Positions 29,408-39,444 of a DNA stretch of 64,000 nt are shown piece by piece. This stretch comes from Nitrospirota bacterium (GTDB taxonomy: Bacteria; Nitrospirota; UBA9217): contig OY760142.1 in the NCBI GenBank assembly GCA_963663225.1, positions 2,656,001-2,720,000 on the forward strand, written 5' to 3'. A program made the position numbers and the translations under genes. A model generated the notes under the pieces. The model worked only from the letters and a program-made list of their open reading frames with translations. It did no database searches and had not been told where the DNA came from. Positions within the stretch are counted from its first letter, which is position 1, and every line of letters starts with the position of its first letter.

Positions 29408-30004
29408 ATGAAAGAAGACACTCAACAAAGGCTGCTTGAAGCAACACTCAAACTCATTTCCGAAAAAGGGTACCCGGGTGCTACAACACGGGAAATCGCC
29501 CAGGAAGCCGGAGTGACGGAGCTGACCCTGTTCCGACATTTTGGCTCGAAGGAAAAGCTCTTCGAAGAAGTTCTGAAGAGCTACACGTTTCTGCCTGCTC
29601 TGAAAGAAATGATTCCTGAGCTGGAGGAATTGCCCTGCCACGAAGCTCTCATCCGTATTGCAACAAAGTTTATCCTGACGCTCAGAAAAAGAAAATCCAT
29701 GATCAAAATTATGCACACCGAGATCATCCTTTATCCGGACCAGATTCGGGAAGTGTATACCCGTTTCATTGAGGATCAAAGATCCGTGCTTGCACAATAC
29801 TTCGGCCGGTTGCAGAAAAAAGGAATATTTCGCGGCATATCCTCTGATACGGCAGCACGGATGTTTCTCAGCATTCTGTTTTCCTATTATCGAAATGAAG
29901 AACTCGTCAGTGGTCAGGAGATTACCAGAAATAAAATGGATAAAAGCATCCAGGAGTTTGTCGATATTTTCCTTCATGGCACCCTGAACGCGGAGCAGCT
30001 CTAA
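29408..30004 (+). CDS. TetR/AcrR-family regulator
   Basis: ATTREIAQEAGVTELTLFRHFGSKE helix-turn-helix. Confidence 0.93.
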   Translation: MKEDTQQRLLEATLKLISEKGYPGATTREIAQEAGVTELTLFRHFGSKEKLFEEVLKSYTFLPALKEMIPELEELPCHEALIRIATKFILTLRKRKSMIKIMHTEIILYPDQIREVYTRFIEDQRSVLAQYFGRLQKKGIFRGISSDTAARMFLSILFSYYRNEELVSGQEITRNKMDKSIQEFVDIFLHGTLNAEQL

Positions 30005-30021
30005 GAGTTGAGGTGAACAGT

Positions 30022-31584
30022 ATGCAAAAGATGATGAGATTGAAAAAATGGACAGGTATGGTCGCATTGACTGGCCTTTGCGTATTCACTGCGTACCCCG
30101 GCTCTTTCCTCTGCGCAGAAGAAACAACTCCGTTCTCTCAGATCAAGTCGACCGCAACGCCGACAGAACAACCAATGCCATCACCGGTATTGCAGCCATC
30201 AAAGCAACTACAATCAACCCCGACAACGACAGAACCGTCCCGTTCTTCTCAAATTTCTCCAACTGCCGGTCAGACAGCATCCGCACCAACCCCGACAAAC
30301 CAGTTCAAACCGATGCCGTCGCCGGAAAAAAGGGACATCCAAGGACCTCTCAGCGGAGCCCCAATATCCAAAGGAGAAACCTTAACGTTGAGCCGGTGCA
30401 TCGAGATCGCTCAGGGAAAGAATCCGACGATTATTGCCGCGGTAAATACTGTTGATATTAGCCGCAGCAGGGTTGGAGAAGCACGGGCCAATTATTATCC
30501 TCAAGTAAGTGCGTCCGGATCCTATAATAGGATAACTTCCAATCCGGCGCTCTCGGCAAGCGGCATCAGACAGGAATACGATCAGTATTCAGGCAGTGTT
30601 GATGTCAGCCAAACCCTGTTCGATTTCGGCAAAACATGGTCCTCGGTAAAAATCTCCAAGTACAATCTTGATTCATCCCGATCAGACCTCGCTGCCACGC
30701 AGGATACTATAACACTGAACGTTAAACAGGCGTACTATGCTGTTCTTCAGGCCAAGAGAAACAGGGATGTGGCCGCAGACATTATCAAACAATTCGAACT
30801 GCATCTTGAACAGGCAAAAGGGTTTTATGAAGTCGGCACAAAGGCAAAGATCGATGTTATCAAGGCAGAAGTGGATTTAAGCAATGCAAAACTCAGCCTT
30901 ATTAATACCGAAAACACCCTGAAGATAGCGTGGGTAAATTTGAACAATGCCATGGGCGTCCCTGATCCGCCGGAATACTCAATTGAGGATAATCTTCTTT
31001 TTGCCCCGTATGCGATAACGCTGGAAGAAGCAACGGCAAAAGCCTTTGACAACAGGCCTGATCTCAAATCAATCGTATCAAAAAGGCAGGCCGCGGAGGA
31101 GAATATCAGTCTGCAGCGGTCAGGCTACTATCCGGTCTTGTCTGCGAACGCCAGTTATACGTGGGGAGGGTTCGGAGTATTGCCCGATCGCTTCAACAAT
31201 GGCTGGAATGCAGGTGTTGCGGTCAGCGTTCCGTTGTTTTCGGGTTTTTTGACGAACCATCAGGTTGCGGAGGCAAAATCCAATCTGTATGTTTTGCGAG
31301 CAAATGAAGAGTCAATACGGCAGCAGATACTGCTGGATGTGCGGCAGGCTTATCTGAATTTACATGCGGCAGATTCCAGCATCACGACGACCGATCTTGC
31401 CCTGAAACAGGCCAAGGAAAATCTGGACCTGGCCAACGGAAGATATGCAGCGGGTGTAGGAAGCCCTATCGAGGTTTCAGATGCCTTTGCAACCTATATT
31501 ACTGCACAGGCAAATTATACCGGTGCGCTCTATAACTATAAAATTGCTCAGGCAAGTATGGAAAAAGCAATGGGTGCACGGTAA
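30022..31584 (+). CDS. TolC-family outer membrane efflux protein with Pro/Thr/Ser-rich N-terminal linker
   Basis: Two OEP repeats (ANYYPQV, LFDFG, VKQAYY, SVPLFSG, RYAAG); start uncertain (30013-30034). Confidence 0.88.
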   Translation: MQKMMRLKKWTGMVALTGLCVFTAYPGSFLCAEETTPFSQIKSTATPTEQPMPSPVLQPSKQLQSTPTTTEPSRSSQISPTAGQTASAPTPTNQFKPMPSPEKRDIQGPLSGAPISKGETLTLSRCIEIAQGKNPTIIAAVNTVDISRSRVGEARANYYPQVSASGSYNRITSNPALSASGIRQEYDQYSGSVDVSQTLFDFGKTWSSVKISKYNLDSSRSDLAATQDTITLNVKQAYYAVLQAKRNRDVAADIIKQFELHLEQAKGFYEVGTKAKIDVIKAEVDLSNAKLSLINTENTLKIAWVNLNNAMGVPDPPEYSIEDNLLFAPYAITLEEATAKAFDNRPDLKSIVSKRQAAEENISLQRSGYYPVLSANASYTWGGFGVLPDRFNNGWNAGVAVSVPLFSGFLTNHQVAEAKSNLYVLRANEESIRQQILLDVRQAYLNLHAADSSITTTDLALKQAKENLDLANGRYAAGVGSPIEVSDAFATYITAQANYTGALYNYKIAQASMEKAMGAR

Positions 31585-31671
31585 TGGCGGATTACTCCTA
31601 GCAGCGCCACCGGGCAGGAAATGAACTGCTTTGCACAGTATTTGAGACGCTAAAAAGAGGCAGGAAAAGAC

Positions 31672-32844
31672 ATGAAATACAGATATTCGAGTGCGATCAT
31701 AACGTTTGCTGCAGTTTTTTCCTTTGTTTTTTATATTACAGGCTGCGGCAACAGCAAGGCAAAACAGACTCCGCAGCGGGTGGTGCCGGTTAAAATCGGA
31801 CAAGTAAGTCTCCAGCAGGTTCCTCTTCAGATCAGGGCCATCGGAAATGTTGAGGCATATAATACTGTTGCAGTAAAAGCCTTGATCGGCGGTGAAGTGA
31901 TCAGCGTTAATTTCAAAGAAGGCCAGGATGTGAAGCAGGGGGCGCTCCTGTTCCAGATTGATCCAAGGCCGTATCAGGCCGCACTCAAACAAGCGGAAGC
32001 CCAGCTGGCAAAAGATGTGGCGCAGGCAAAGAATGCGGAAGAACAGGCAAAACGGTACCAGATTCTTGTTCAGAAAGATTATGTTTCGCGGGATCAATAC
32101 GATCAGTATCGTGCGAATGCCGACGCTTTGCTTGCCACCGTTGATGCGGACAGGGCAAATGTGGAGAACAGCCGACTCCAGCTTGCCTACTGCACCATTC
32201 GCTCACCCATTGACGGCAAGGTCGGAAGCGTTCTCGTCAACCTGGGAAATATCGTTAAGGCAAATGATGTTACGATGCTTACCATCAACAAGATAATGCC
32301 GATTTATGTCACTTTTTCGGTTCCGGAAAAGAATCTTGCCGACGTCAAAAAATACATGCTTGCAAAATCACTGAAGGTGGAAGCTTTGATTCTTGGAGAT
32401 GAAAATCGTCCGGCCCAGGGCCGACTCACCTTTATTGACAATGCCGTGGATACCACAACCGGAACAATCAAATTAAAAGGAACTTTTGAAAACAGGGATA
32501 GAAGACTCTGGCCGGGACAATTCGTGAATGTTGTGCTGACGCTGACGACCGAATCGAATGCCGTTGTGCTGCCGGCTGCGGCCCTCCAGTCAGGACAACA
32601 AGGCCAATATGTTTTTGTCATGAAGTCCGATTCCACGGTGGAGTATCGACCGGTAACGGTCGCGCGTCTGCATGGAGAATTTGCGGTGATTGCCCAGGGA
32701 GTCCAGCAGGGCGAAAAAGTAGTCACGGATGGGCAGTTTCAACTGACTGCCGGTACCCGCGTCGAAGTAAAGGGTGAACAGCCGGCTGCTCCTGTATCAC
32801 AGCCCGTTGGGACTGCACAGTCAAAAAAGACTGCTCCCAAATAA
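31672..32844 (+). CDS. RND efflux periplasmic adaptor (MdtA-like lipoprotein)
   Basis: ITGC lipobox, FKEGQ.VK.G.LLFQIDPRPY, IRSPIDG, IDNAVD.TTGT, LWPGQF. Confidence 0.92.
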   Translation: MKYRYSSAIITFAAVFSFVFYITGCGNSKAKQTPQRVVPVKIGQVSLQQVPLQIRAIGNVEAYNTVAVKALIGGEVISVNFKEGQDVKQGALLFQIDPRPYQAALKQAEAQLAKDVAQAKNAEEQAKRYQILVQKDYVSRDQYDQYRANADALLATVDADRANVENSRLQLAYCTIRSPIDGKVGSVLVNLGNIVKANDVTMLTINKIMPIYVTFSVPEKNLADVKKYMLAKSLKVEALILGDENRPAQGRLTFIDNAVDTTTGTIKLKGTFENRDRRLWPGQFVNVVLTLTTESNAVVLPAAALQSGQQGQYVFVMKSDSTVEYRPVTVARLHGEFAVIAQGVQQGEKVVTDGQFQLTAGTRVEVKGEQPAAPVSQPVGTAQSKKTAPK

Positions 32845-32893
32845 ATGTACGGTCGCATGCGTCCATGCCCGGAGCAGAAAAGACAAAACTTCA

Positions 32894-35800
32894 ATGAATA
32901 TTGCTGAACCTTTCATACGCAGACCAATCATGACGACCCTCGTCATGTCCGCAATTCTTCTGTTCGGCATAATGGCCTATCAACAGCTTCCCGTAAATGA
33001 TTTGCCGAATGTGGATTTCCCCACCATCGTGGTGACGGCGAATTTCCCCGGAGCAAGTCCGGATACCATGGCTTCAGCGGTTGCTACGCCGCTGGAAAAA
33101 CAGTTCTCAACGATCGCGGGCGTGGACAATATGACCTCCATAAGCGGCTTGGGGACCACGCGAATAACACTGCAGTTTAACTTGAGCAGAAATATTGATG
33201 CGGCCGGCCAGGACGTGCAGGCTATGATCACCCAGGCGGCTAAACTGCTTCCAGCAAACATGCCGACCCCTCCATCGTATCGAAAAGTGAACCCTGCAGA
33301 CCAGCCTGTTCTCTATGTTGCGCTCAGTTCTCCCACGCTGCCGTTGTATACGGTGGATGAATATGCACAAACCACGATCGCTCAGCGAATATCCATGATC
33401 AATGGTGTGGCGCAGGTTGTGGTATATGGCTCGCAGAAATATGCGGTTCGTGCGCAGCTTGATCCACGGGCACTTGTTTCACGCGGAATAGGAATTGATG
33501 AAGTTTCTAACTCCGTTGCCAGCGGGAACGTGACGCTGCCGACAGGTGTCCTTGAAGGAACTACCACGGCGGTCACCATTCAGGCCACCGGACAGCTCAC
33601 CCGCGCTGAGGCATATCGTCCACTTATCGTGACGTACCGTAACGGAAATCCGGTTCGGCTGCAGGAACTCGGAAGGGTCATAGACGGTGTGGAAAATGCC
33701 AAAGTCGCAAGCTGGTTTTTCAAGACCGCTACGAATACAAGTCCGAGAGCGATCATTTTGGCAATTCAACGACAGCCGGGAACAAATACGGTGGAAGTGG
33801 TGGATTCGATCAAAGAACTCTTGCCTAAGCTCCGGCAGGAGATGCCAGCATCGGTAAATCTGGACATCCACTATGACCGTTCCCTTTCAATACGCGAATC
33901 CGTCCGAGATGTTAAGTTTACCCTCGGGCTTGCCGTTGCTCTTGTCATCCTGGTTATCTTTCTTTTCCTGCGTAATGCGTCCGCCACGATCATACCGAGT
34001 CTCGCGCTTCCCATGTCCATTATCGGGACTTTTACGGTCATGTACTTGCTCGACTACACGATTGATAATTTTTCGCTTCTAGCAATGATCCTTGCCGTCG
34101 GGTTTGTAGTCGATGATGCCATAGTGATGCTTGAAAATATCGTTCGCCACATGGAACAGGGAGAACCTGTTCTCCAGGCAGCATTAACCGGATCAAAAGA
34201 AATCGGTTTTACCATTCTGTCCATGACCATGTCCCTTGTTGCGGTGTTCATCCCCGTGCTGTTCATGGGCGGCATCCTTGGACGGCTGCTCCATGAGTTT
34301 GCCGTGGTCATCAGTGCGGCCATTCTTGTTTCGGGTGTGGTTTCCCTTACGCTCACTCCCATGCTGTGCAGCCGTTTTCTTCGTCCACATGGTGCAGAAC
34401 GGCATGGTCGTTTATATATGACGTTGGAGCGTTTCTTTGATTCCATGCGTGATGCATATGACCGCAGCCTGCATTGGATCATAAATTATCGTCGGGCTGT
34501 CTTTGCTTTAACAGCTGCACTTTTTGGCACAACTGTTGTCTTGTTTATATTTATGCCGAAAGGCTTTCTACCAACAGAGGATAATGGCCAGATTTTTGCT
34601 TTTACCGAAGCGCAGCAGGGGATCTCATTCGAAGACATGGTAAAACATCAAAAAGAAATGGCAGATATTATTGCCCAGGATCCGAATGTAGAGACTTTTT
34701 TGTCTATAACAGGGGCGTCGGGATCCACTGTGGCAGGAAACACTGGTCGTATCATTATGCGCTTAAAACCCCGCTCTGAACGAAAACTGAGTGCGGACGA
34801 AATCATCCAGGTGCTGAAAAAAAAGACAGAACATGTTGTCGGTTTAAAAATCTTCATGCAAGTCCCTCCGGCAATTGCAATCGGCGGAATGCTTACCAAA
34901 AGCCAGTATCAGTATACGCTCCAAGGGCCTGATACCGACGAATTGTATAAGGCTGCTACTGCACTCGAAGAAAAACTGAAGGCGCTGCCCGATCTTCAGG
35001 ATGTGACCAGTGACCTGCAGATGAAAAACCCTCAATTAAATGTCGTGATAGACCGCGACCAGGCGTCTGCGCTGGGGGTAAGTGCGGAGCAAATCGAAAC
35101 AGCGCTCAGTCTGGCTTATAGTACTCTCCAGGTATCCACAATCCTGGCCCCAACCAATCAGTATCAAGTCATCATGGAGTTGCTGCCTGAGTATCAAAGA
35201 GATCCTTCGGTGCTTGCCATGCTGTATGTACGCTCCTCTTCCGGAAAACTCGTTCCGCTGAATGTCGTTGCAAAACCATCGGTGGGATCGGGTCCTCTTG
35301 TCGTGAACCATTTGGGGCAGCTTCCGGCAGTAACCCTTTCGTTTAATCTAAGACCCGGCATTTCACTCAGTCAGGCGGTTACCGCTGTTGAAAAAACCGC
35401 CAGAACAACGCTCCCCGGCACGATCTCTACCAGCTTTCAAGGATCAGCTCAGGCTTTTCAATCATCGACGCAGAACCTGTTTCTTCTCCTTGTTATGGCG
35501 GTAGTTATCATTTACATCGTGCTTGGGATCCTATACGAAAGTTTCATCCATCCCCTTACAATCCTTTCAGGCCTTCCTGCAGCCGGCGTCGGTGCATTAT
35601 TGACGCTGCTGATATTCGGCTGTGAATTAAACATTTATGGCTTTGTCGGTGTCATTATGTTGATCGGTATCGTCAAAAAAAATGCCATCATGATGATCGA
35701 TTTCGCGCTGGAAGCGGAACGAAAAGAAGGAAAACCCCCTCTGGAAGCAATATGCGAAGGGGCACTGATACGGTTTCGCCCGATTATGATGACCACTATG

Positions 35801-36001
35801 GCGGCATTGATGGGCACTCTGCCCATCGCGCTCGGTCTCGGGGCTGGTGCAGAATCACGCCGGCCTCTCGGTCTGGCAGTTGTTGGCGGCCTGATTTTCT
35901 CTCAATTACTGACGTTGTACATTACACCGGTTATTTATATTTATATGGACAAATTCCAGCGCCGTTTTGGTGACTTCGGCATCTTTCGTACCAGGGGATA
36001 A
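32894..36001 (+). CDS. RND efflux transporter (MdtB/MdtC-like)
   Basis: FIRRPIMTTL, LPNVDFPTI, GFVVDDAIVMLENI, GIVKKNAIMMIDFA, RFRPIMMTT. Confidence 0.95.
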   Translation: MNIAEPFIRRPIMTTLVMSAILLFGIMAYQQLPVNDLPNVDFPTIVVTANFPGASPDTMASAVATPLEKQFSTIAGVDNMTSISGLGTTRITLQFNLSRNIDAAGQDVQAMITQAAKLLPANMPTPPSYRKVNPADQPVLYVALSSPTLPLYTVDEYAQTTIAQRISMINGVAQVVVYGSQKYAVRAQLDPRALVSRGIGIDEVSNSVASGNVTLPTGVLEGTTTAVTIQATGQLTRAEAYRPLIVTYRNGNPVRLQELGRVIDGVENAKVASWFFKTATNTSPRAIILAIQRQPGTNTVEVVDSIKELLPKLRQEMPASVNLDIHYDRSLSIRESVRDVKFTLGLAVALVILVIFLFLRNASATIIPSLALPMSIIGTFTVMYLLDYTIDNFSLLAMILAVGFVVDDAIVMLENIVRHMEQGEPVLQAALTGSKEIGFTILSMTMSLVAVFIPVLFMGGILGRLLHEFAVVISAAILVSGVVSLTLTPMLCSRFLRPHGAERHGRLYMTLERFFDSMRDAYDRSLHWIINYRRAVFALTAALFGTTVVLFIFMPKGFLPTEDNGQIFAFTEAQQGISFEDMVKHQKEMADIIAQDPNVETFLSITGASGSTVAGNTGRIIMRLKPRSERKLSADEIIQVLKKKTEHVVGLKIFMQVPPAIAIGGMLTKSQYQYTLQGPDTDELYKAATALEEKLKALPDLQDVTSDLQMKNPQLNVVIDRDQASALGVSAEQIETALSLAYSTLQVSTILAPTNQYQVIMELLPEYQRDPSVLAMLYVRSSSGKLVPLNVVAKPSVGSGPLVVNHLGQLPAVTLSFNLRPGISLSQAVTAVEKTARTTLPGTISTSFQGSAQAFQSSTQNLFLLLVMAVVIIYIVLGILYESFIHPLTILSGLPAAGVGALLTLLIFGCELNIYGFVGVIMLIGIVKKNAIMMIDFALEAERKEGKPPLEAICEGALIRFRPIMMTTMAALMGTLPIALGLGAGAESRRPLGLAVVGGLIFSQLLTLYITPVIYIYMDKFQRRFGDFGIFRTRG

Positions 36002-36073
36002 GAAGCCGCGGATTCCACCGGTCTGCTTTTTTCATGAGTGCTTGAAACAGTATTCGACATTGACGAGGACATT

Positions 36074-37270
36074 ATGCTCAAAAAAAAGAAAATCATTATC
36101 ATCGCGCTGATTGTCATCGTTCTTGGTATAAGCTCGGCCATTTTTTTTTATAGCAGCCGCGGAAACGAACCTGAGTTCAGGACTGATCCGGTAACTAGGG
36201 GTGATATTCAGCAAACAGTAACTGCAACCGGAACGGTCAATGCAGTGACCACTGTTTTGGTCGGCACCCAGGTTTCAGGAACCATAAAAACCCTGTACGT
36301 CGACTACAACTCCCGCGTAAAGAAAGGACAGCTTATAGCCAGAATTGACCCGGCAACATTCGAATCACAGGTCCAGCAGGCGCAGGCAAACATGCTTGCC
36401 GCTGAGGCAAATGTGGTAAAAGCGGAAGCTTCTTTGGTTGATGCGAAAAGAACCTTTGACCGTAATAAAGAGCTTTTTTCAAAAAACCTCATCGCAAGAA
36501 GCGATTTGGACACGGCAGAGACAAACTATGACACCAATCGTGCTTTGCTGGCCGCTGCCAAAGCGCAGGTCAATCAAACAAAGGCGGCCCTTGACTATGC
36601 CAAACAAAATCTGGCGTACACGGGAATACTTTCCCCGGTCAACGGCGTGGTGATATCCCGCAACGTGGACGTTGGACAGACGGTCGCTGCAAGCTTTCAA
36701 ACGCCGACGCTGTTTACCATAGCGGAAGATTTGACGAAAATGCAGATCGATACAAACGTGGCGGAATCCGATATCGGCAGTGTGGCCGTCGGGCAAGACG
36801 TGGAGTTTACTGTCGACGCATATTCGGATACGACATTCAAGGGGAAGGTATGGCAAATCAGACAGGCGCCCATCACGGTTCAGAACGTGGTTACGTATGA
36901 TGTGGTGATACAGGTCAACAACAAAGACCTCAAACTCATGCCGGGCATGACCGCCAATGTTTCCATTATCATCAACACACGGCAGGGGGTGCTCAGGATC
37001 ACCAATGCATCATTGCGCTTCAAATTCACGGAAAAAACTACAGCCGTGGTTTCGCGTGCAACGGGCACTTCTGAAAAAAGAGGTCCGGCAGTGTGGGTCC
37101 TGGAAAATGCTAAACCAAAACGCGTTTCTGTGACACCAGGCATCAGTGATGGGAACTATACCGAAGTTGTTTCCGGAGAGTTGAAAGAAGGGCAGCAGAT
37201 AATCGTTGAATCGCTGCGAAAAGGCAAAAGTTCCTCCTCAACCACAACGGGCCCGCCAAGGATGTTCTGA
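36074..37270 (+). CDS. MacA-like periplasmic adaptor
   Basis: VTATGT, VGTQVSG, VGQTVAAS.QTPTLF, V.ESDIG, PGMTA. Confidence 0.9.
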   Translation: MLKKKKIIIIALIVIVLGISSAIFFYSSRGNEPEFRTDPVTRGDIQQTVTATGTVNAVTTVLVGTQVSGTIKTLYVDYNSRVKKGQLIARIDPATFESQVQQAQANMLAAEANVVKAEASLVDAKRTFDRNKELFSKNLIARSDLDTAETNYDTNRALLAAAKAQVNQTKAALDYAKQNLAYTGILSPVNGVVISRNVDVGQTVAASFQTPTLFTIAEDLTKMQIDTNVAESDIGSVAVGQDVEFTVDAYSDTTFKGKVWQIRQAPITVQNVVTYDVVIQVNNKDLKLMPGMTANVSIIINTRQGVLRITNASLRFKFTEKTTAVVSRATGTSEKRGPAVWVLENAKPKRVSVTPGISDGNYTEVVSGELKEGQQIIVESLRKGKSSSSTTTGPPRMF

Positions 37271-37271
37271 T

Positions 37272-37961
37272 ATGTCACTTATCGAAGCGAAAGACATCGG
37301 AAAAATCTACCATCTTGGCGACATCGATCTGGAAGTGCTGAAGTCCGTATCAACGACCATCGATAGAGGAGAATTTGTCGCAATTATGGGGCCGTCCGGC
37401 TCAGGCAAATCAACGTTCATGAATATCCTGGGCTGCCTCGACCAGCCAACAGTCGGCAATTATATCTTGGAAGGAACCGATGTCGGCGGACTTTCCCGGG
37501 ACGAACTTGCCGAAATCCGAAACAAAAAAATCGGCTTTGTTTTTCAGGGGTTCAATCTGCTCTCGCGTACCTCGGCAATCGAGAATGTGGAGCTTCCCAT
37601 GCTCTACAACGGTCACGCGACGGCAGAACGCCACGATCGCGCACGTGCGGCCCTGAAAAGCGTCGGGCTCGAAGGCAGGGAGGATCATCATCCGAACCAG
37701 CTTTCCGGCGGCCAACAACAGCGGGTAGCCATCGCAAGGGCCCTGGTAAATGATGCTCCCATTATTTTGGCCGATGAGCCGACCGGAAATCTCGATACCA
37801 AGACGAGCATTGAGATCATGAACTTGTTCGTTAAATTAAACCGGGAGTCGCATATCACCGTCATTGTTGTAACGCACGAACCTGATATTGCCCTGTATAG
37901 TAAAAGGATAATCAAGTTTTTAGACGGTCATCTGGTGAGCGACGAACCGGTTGCGCGGTGA
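37272..37961 (+). CDS. MacB/LolD-type ABC ATPase
   Basis: GPSGSGKST, LSGGQQQRVAIARAL, ILADEPTGNLD. Confidence 0.92.
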   Translation: MSLIEAKDIGKIYHLGDIDLEVLKSVSTTIDRGEFVAIMGPSGSGKSTFMNILGCLDQPTVGNYILEGTDVGGLSRDELAEIRNKKIGFVFQGFNLLSRTSAIENVELPMLYNGHATAERHDRARAALKSVGLEGREDHHPNQLSGGQQQRVAIARALVNDAPIILADEPTGNLDTKTSIEIMNLFVKLNRESHITVIVVTHEPDIALYSKRIIKFLDGHLVSDEPVAR

Positions 37962-38056
37962 TATGGCAAGTACTGGTTGTGCAAAACGGGAATTGCGATT
38001 CCACAGACAAAAAACTGCACGCAGATAAAATTGTTCTTGAGAACGACTGAATTCTT

Positions 38057-39286
38057 ATGATTAATATTCCGTCTACCGTTAAAATATCTTTTCGCGCGTT
38101 ATGGGTGAACAAGATGCGCTCTGCCCTCACGATGCTCGGGATTATCATCGGCGTAGGAGCTGTTATCGCCATGGTCGCCATCGGCAGCGGCGCGAGCCAG
38201 AAAATTTCAGAGCAGATATCTACTATGGGGAGCAACCTGCTGATCATTCTTCCCGGTGCGACCACATCGGGTGGAGTCAGAATGGGGTCGGGGACCCAGC
38301 CGACGCTTTCACTGAGTGACGCGGAGGCTATTCAGAAGGAATGCCCGTCTGTTGAGGATGTGGGACCTGTTCTTGGCGGGGCCGCACAGGTCATCGTTGG
38401 GCATTTAAATTGGTCTACCGTTATTACAGGAACAACGCCCGGCATGCTGGTGGTGCGCGATTGGGACCTGGCTTCAGGCCGGCCGTTTACCGATCAGGAT
38501 GTAAAGAGCGCAACGAAAGTCGCCCTCCTCGGCCAGACGGTAGTAGATAATCTTTTCGGTGAGGAAAATCCAATCGGCAAGACGATCAGGATCAAAAATG
38601 TGCCATTTTCCGTGATCGGAGTACTGTCGGTGAAAGGCCAGTCGGCAATAGGCCAGGATCAGGACGATGTTATTTATATACCGGTGACCACATCACAAAA
38701 AAAACTATTCGGGTCGCAATTTCCCGGCATGGTCAGAATCATCATGGTCAAGGCAAAGAGCGCGGATGACTTGCCAGTGGCAGAAAAACAGATTAATGAA
38801 CTTCTTCGCCAGCGTCACCATATCGGCCAGAAACAGGACAATGACTTTACCGTGCGGAATCTTACGCAGGTCATGCAAGCGGCTGAGCAGTCTACTCGTG
38901 TTATGACCTTGCTGCTTGGCGCGATTGCCTCTGTTTCTCTTCTGGTAGGGGGAATAGGAATTATGAATATTATGCTCGTATCCGTCACCGAGCGAACCCG
39001 TGAAATCGGCATCCGTATGGCAATTGGTGCGAAAACCTGGGACATCCGGCTTCAATTTATTGTGGAAGCGCTGACCCTCTCCTTGATAGGCGGAGTTATC
39101 GGGATAATTCTTGGCATTTCGACATCATTGATTCTCTCATCCATTTCCGGCTGGCCGACTGTCGTATCCTTGCTTTCAATCTTATTGGCCTTCAGTTTTT
39201 CCGGACTCATCGGTATTTTCTTTGGTTTTTATCCCGCGTATAAAGCTTCTCTTCTCAACCCCATTGACGCACTGAGATATGAATGA
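38057..39286 (+). CDS. MacB/FtsX-type ABC permease
   Basis: RSALTMLGIIIGV, GGIGIMNIMLVSVTERTREIG, PA.KAS.LNPIDALRYE. Confidence 0.93.
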   Translation: MINIPSTVKISFRALWVNKMRSALTMLGIIIGVGAVIAMVAIGSGASQKISEQISTMGSNLLIILPGATTSGGVRMGSGTQPTLSLSDAEAIQKECPSVEDVGPVLGGAAQVIVGHLNWSTVITGTTPGMLVVRDWDLASGRPFTDQDVKSATKVALLGQTVVDNLFGEENPIGKTIRIKNVPFSVIGVLSVKGQSAIGQDQDDVIYIPVTTSQKKLFGSQFPGMVRIIMVKAKSADDLPVAEKQINELLRQRHHIGQKQDNDFTVRNLTQVMQAAEQSTRVMTLLLGAIASVSLLVGGIGIMNIMLVSVTERTREIGIRMAIGAKTWDIRLQFIVEALTLSLIGGVIGIILGISTSLILSSISGWPTVVSLLSILLAFSFSGLIGIFFGFYPAYKASLLNPIDALRYE

Positions 39287-39444
39287 GCAGCGCAGCCTTT
39301 ATTCGTTAAACCGTTCATTATCTATGTGGTTTTTCCCGCTCCTAAAGAGGCTGTATCTGTCTCTATACCTTGACTTATGTCAGGAATAAGGCTATAAAAC
39401 GGTTGATCATTGTGTCGAAGTTCCCGAGGAGTGTGCATCCAGCC

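Noticed and set aside
37963-38028. 21-codon ORF MASTGCAKRELRFHRQKTARR between ABC ATPase and permease
   Set aside because: No clear RBS or recognisable motif; likely chance.
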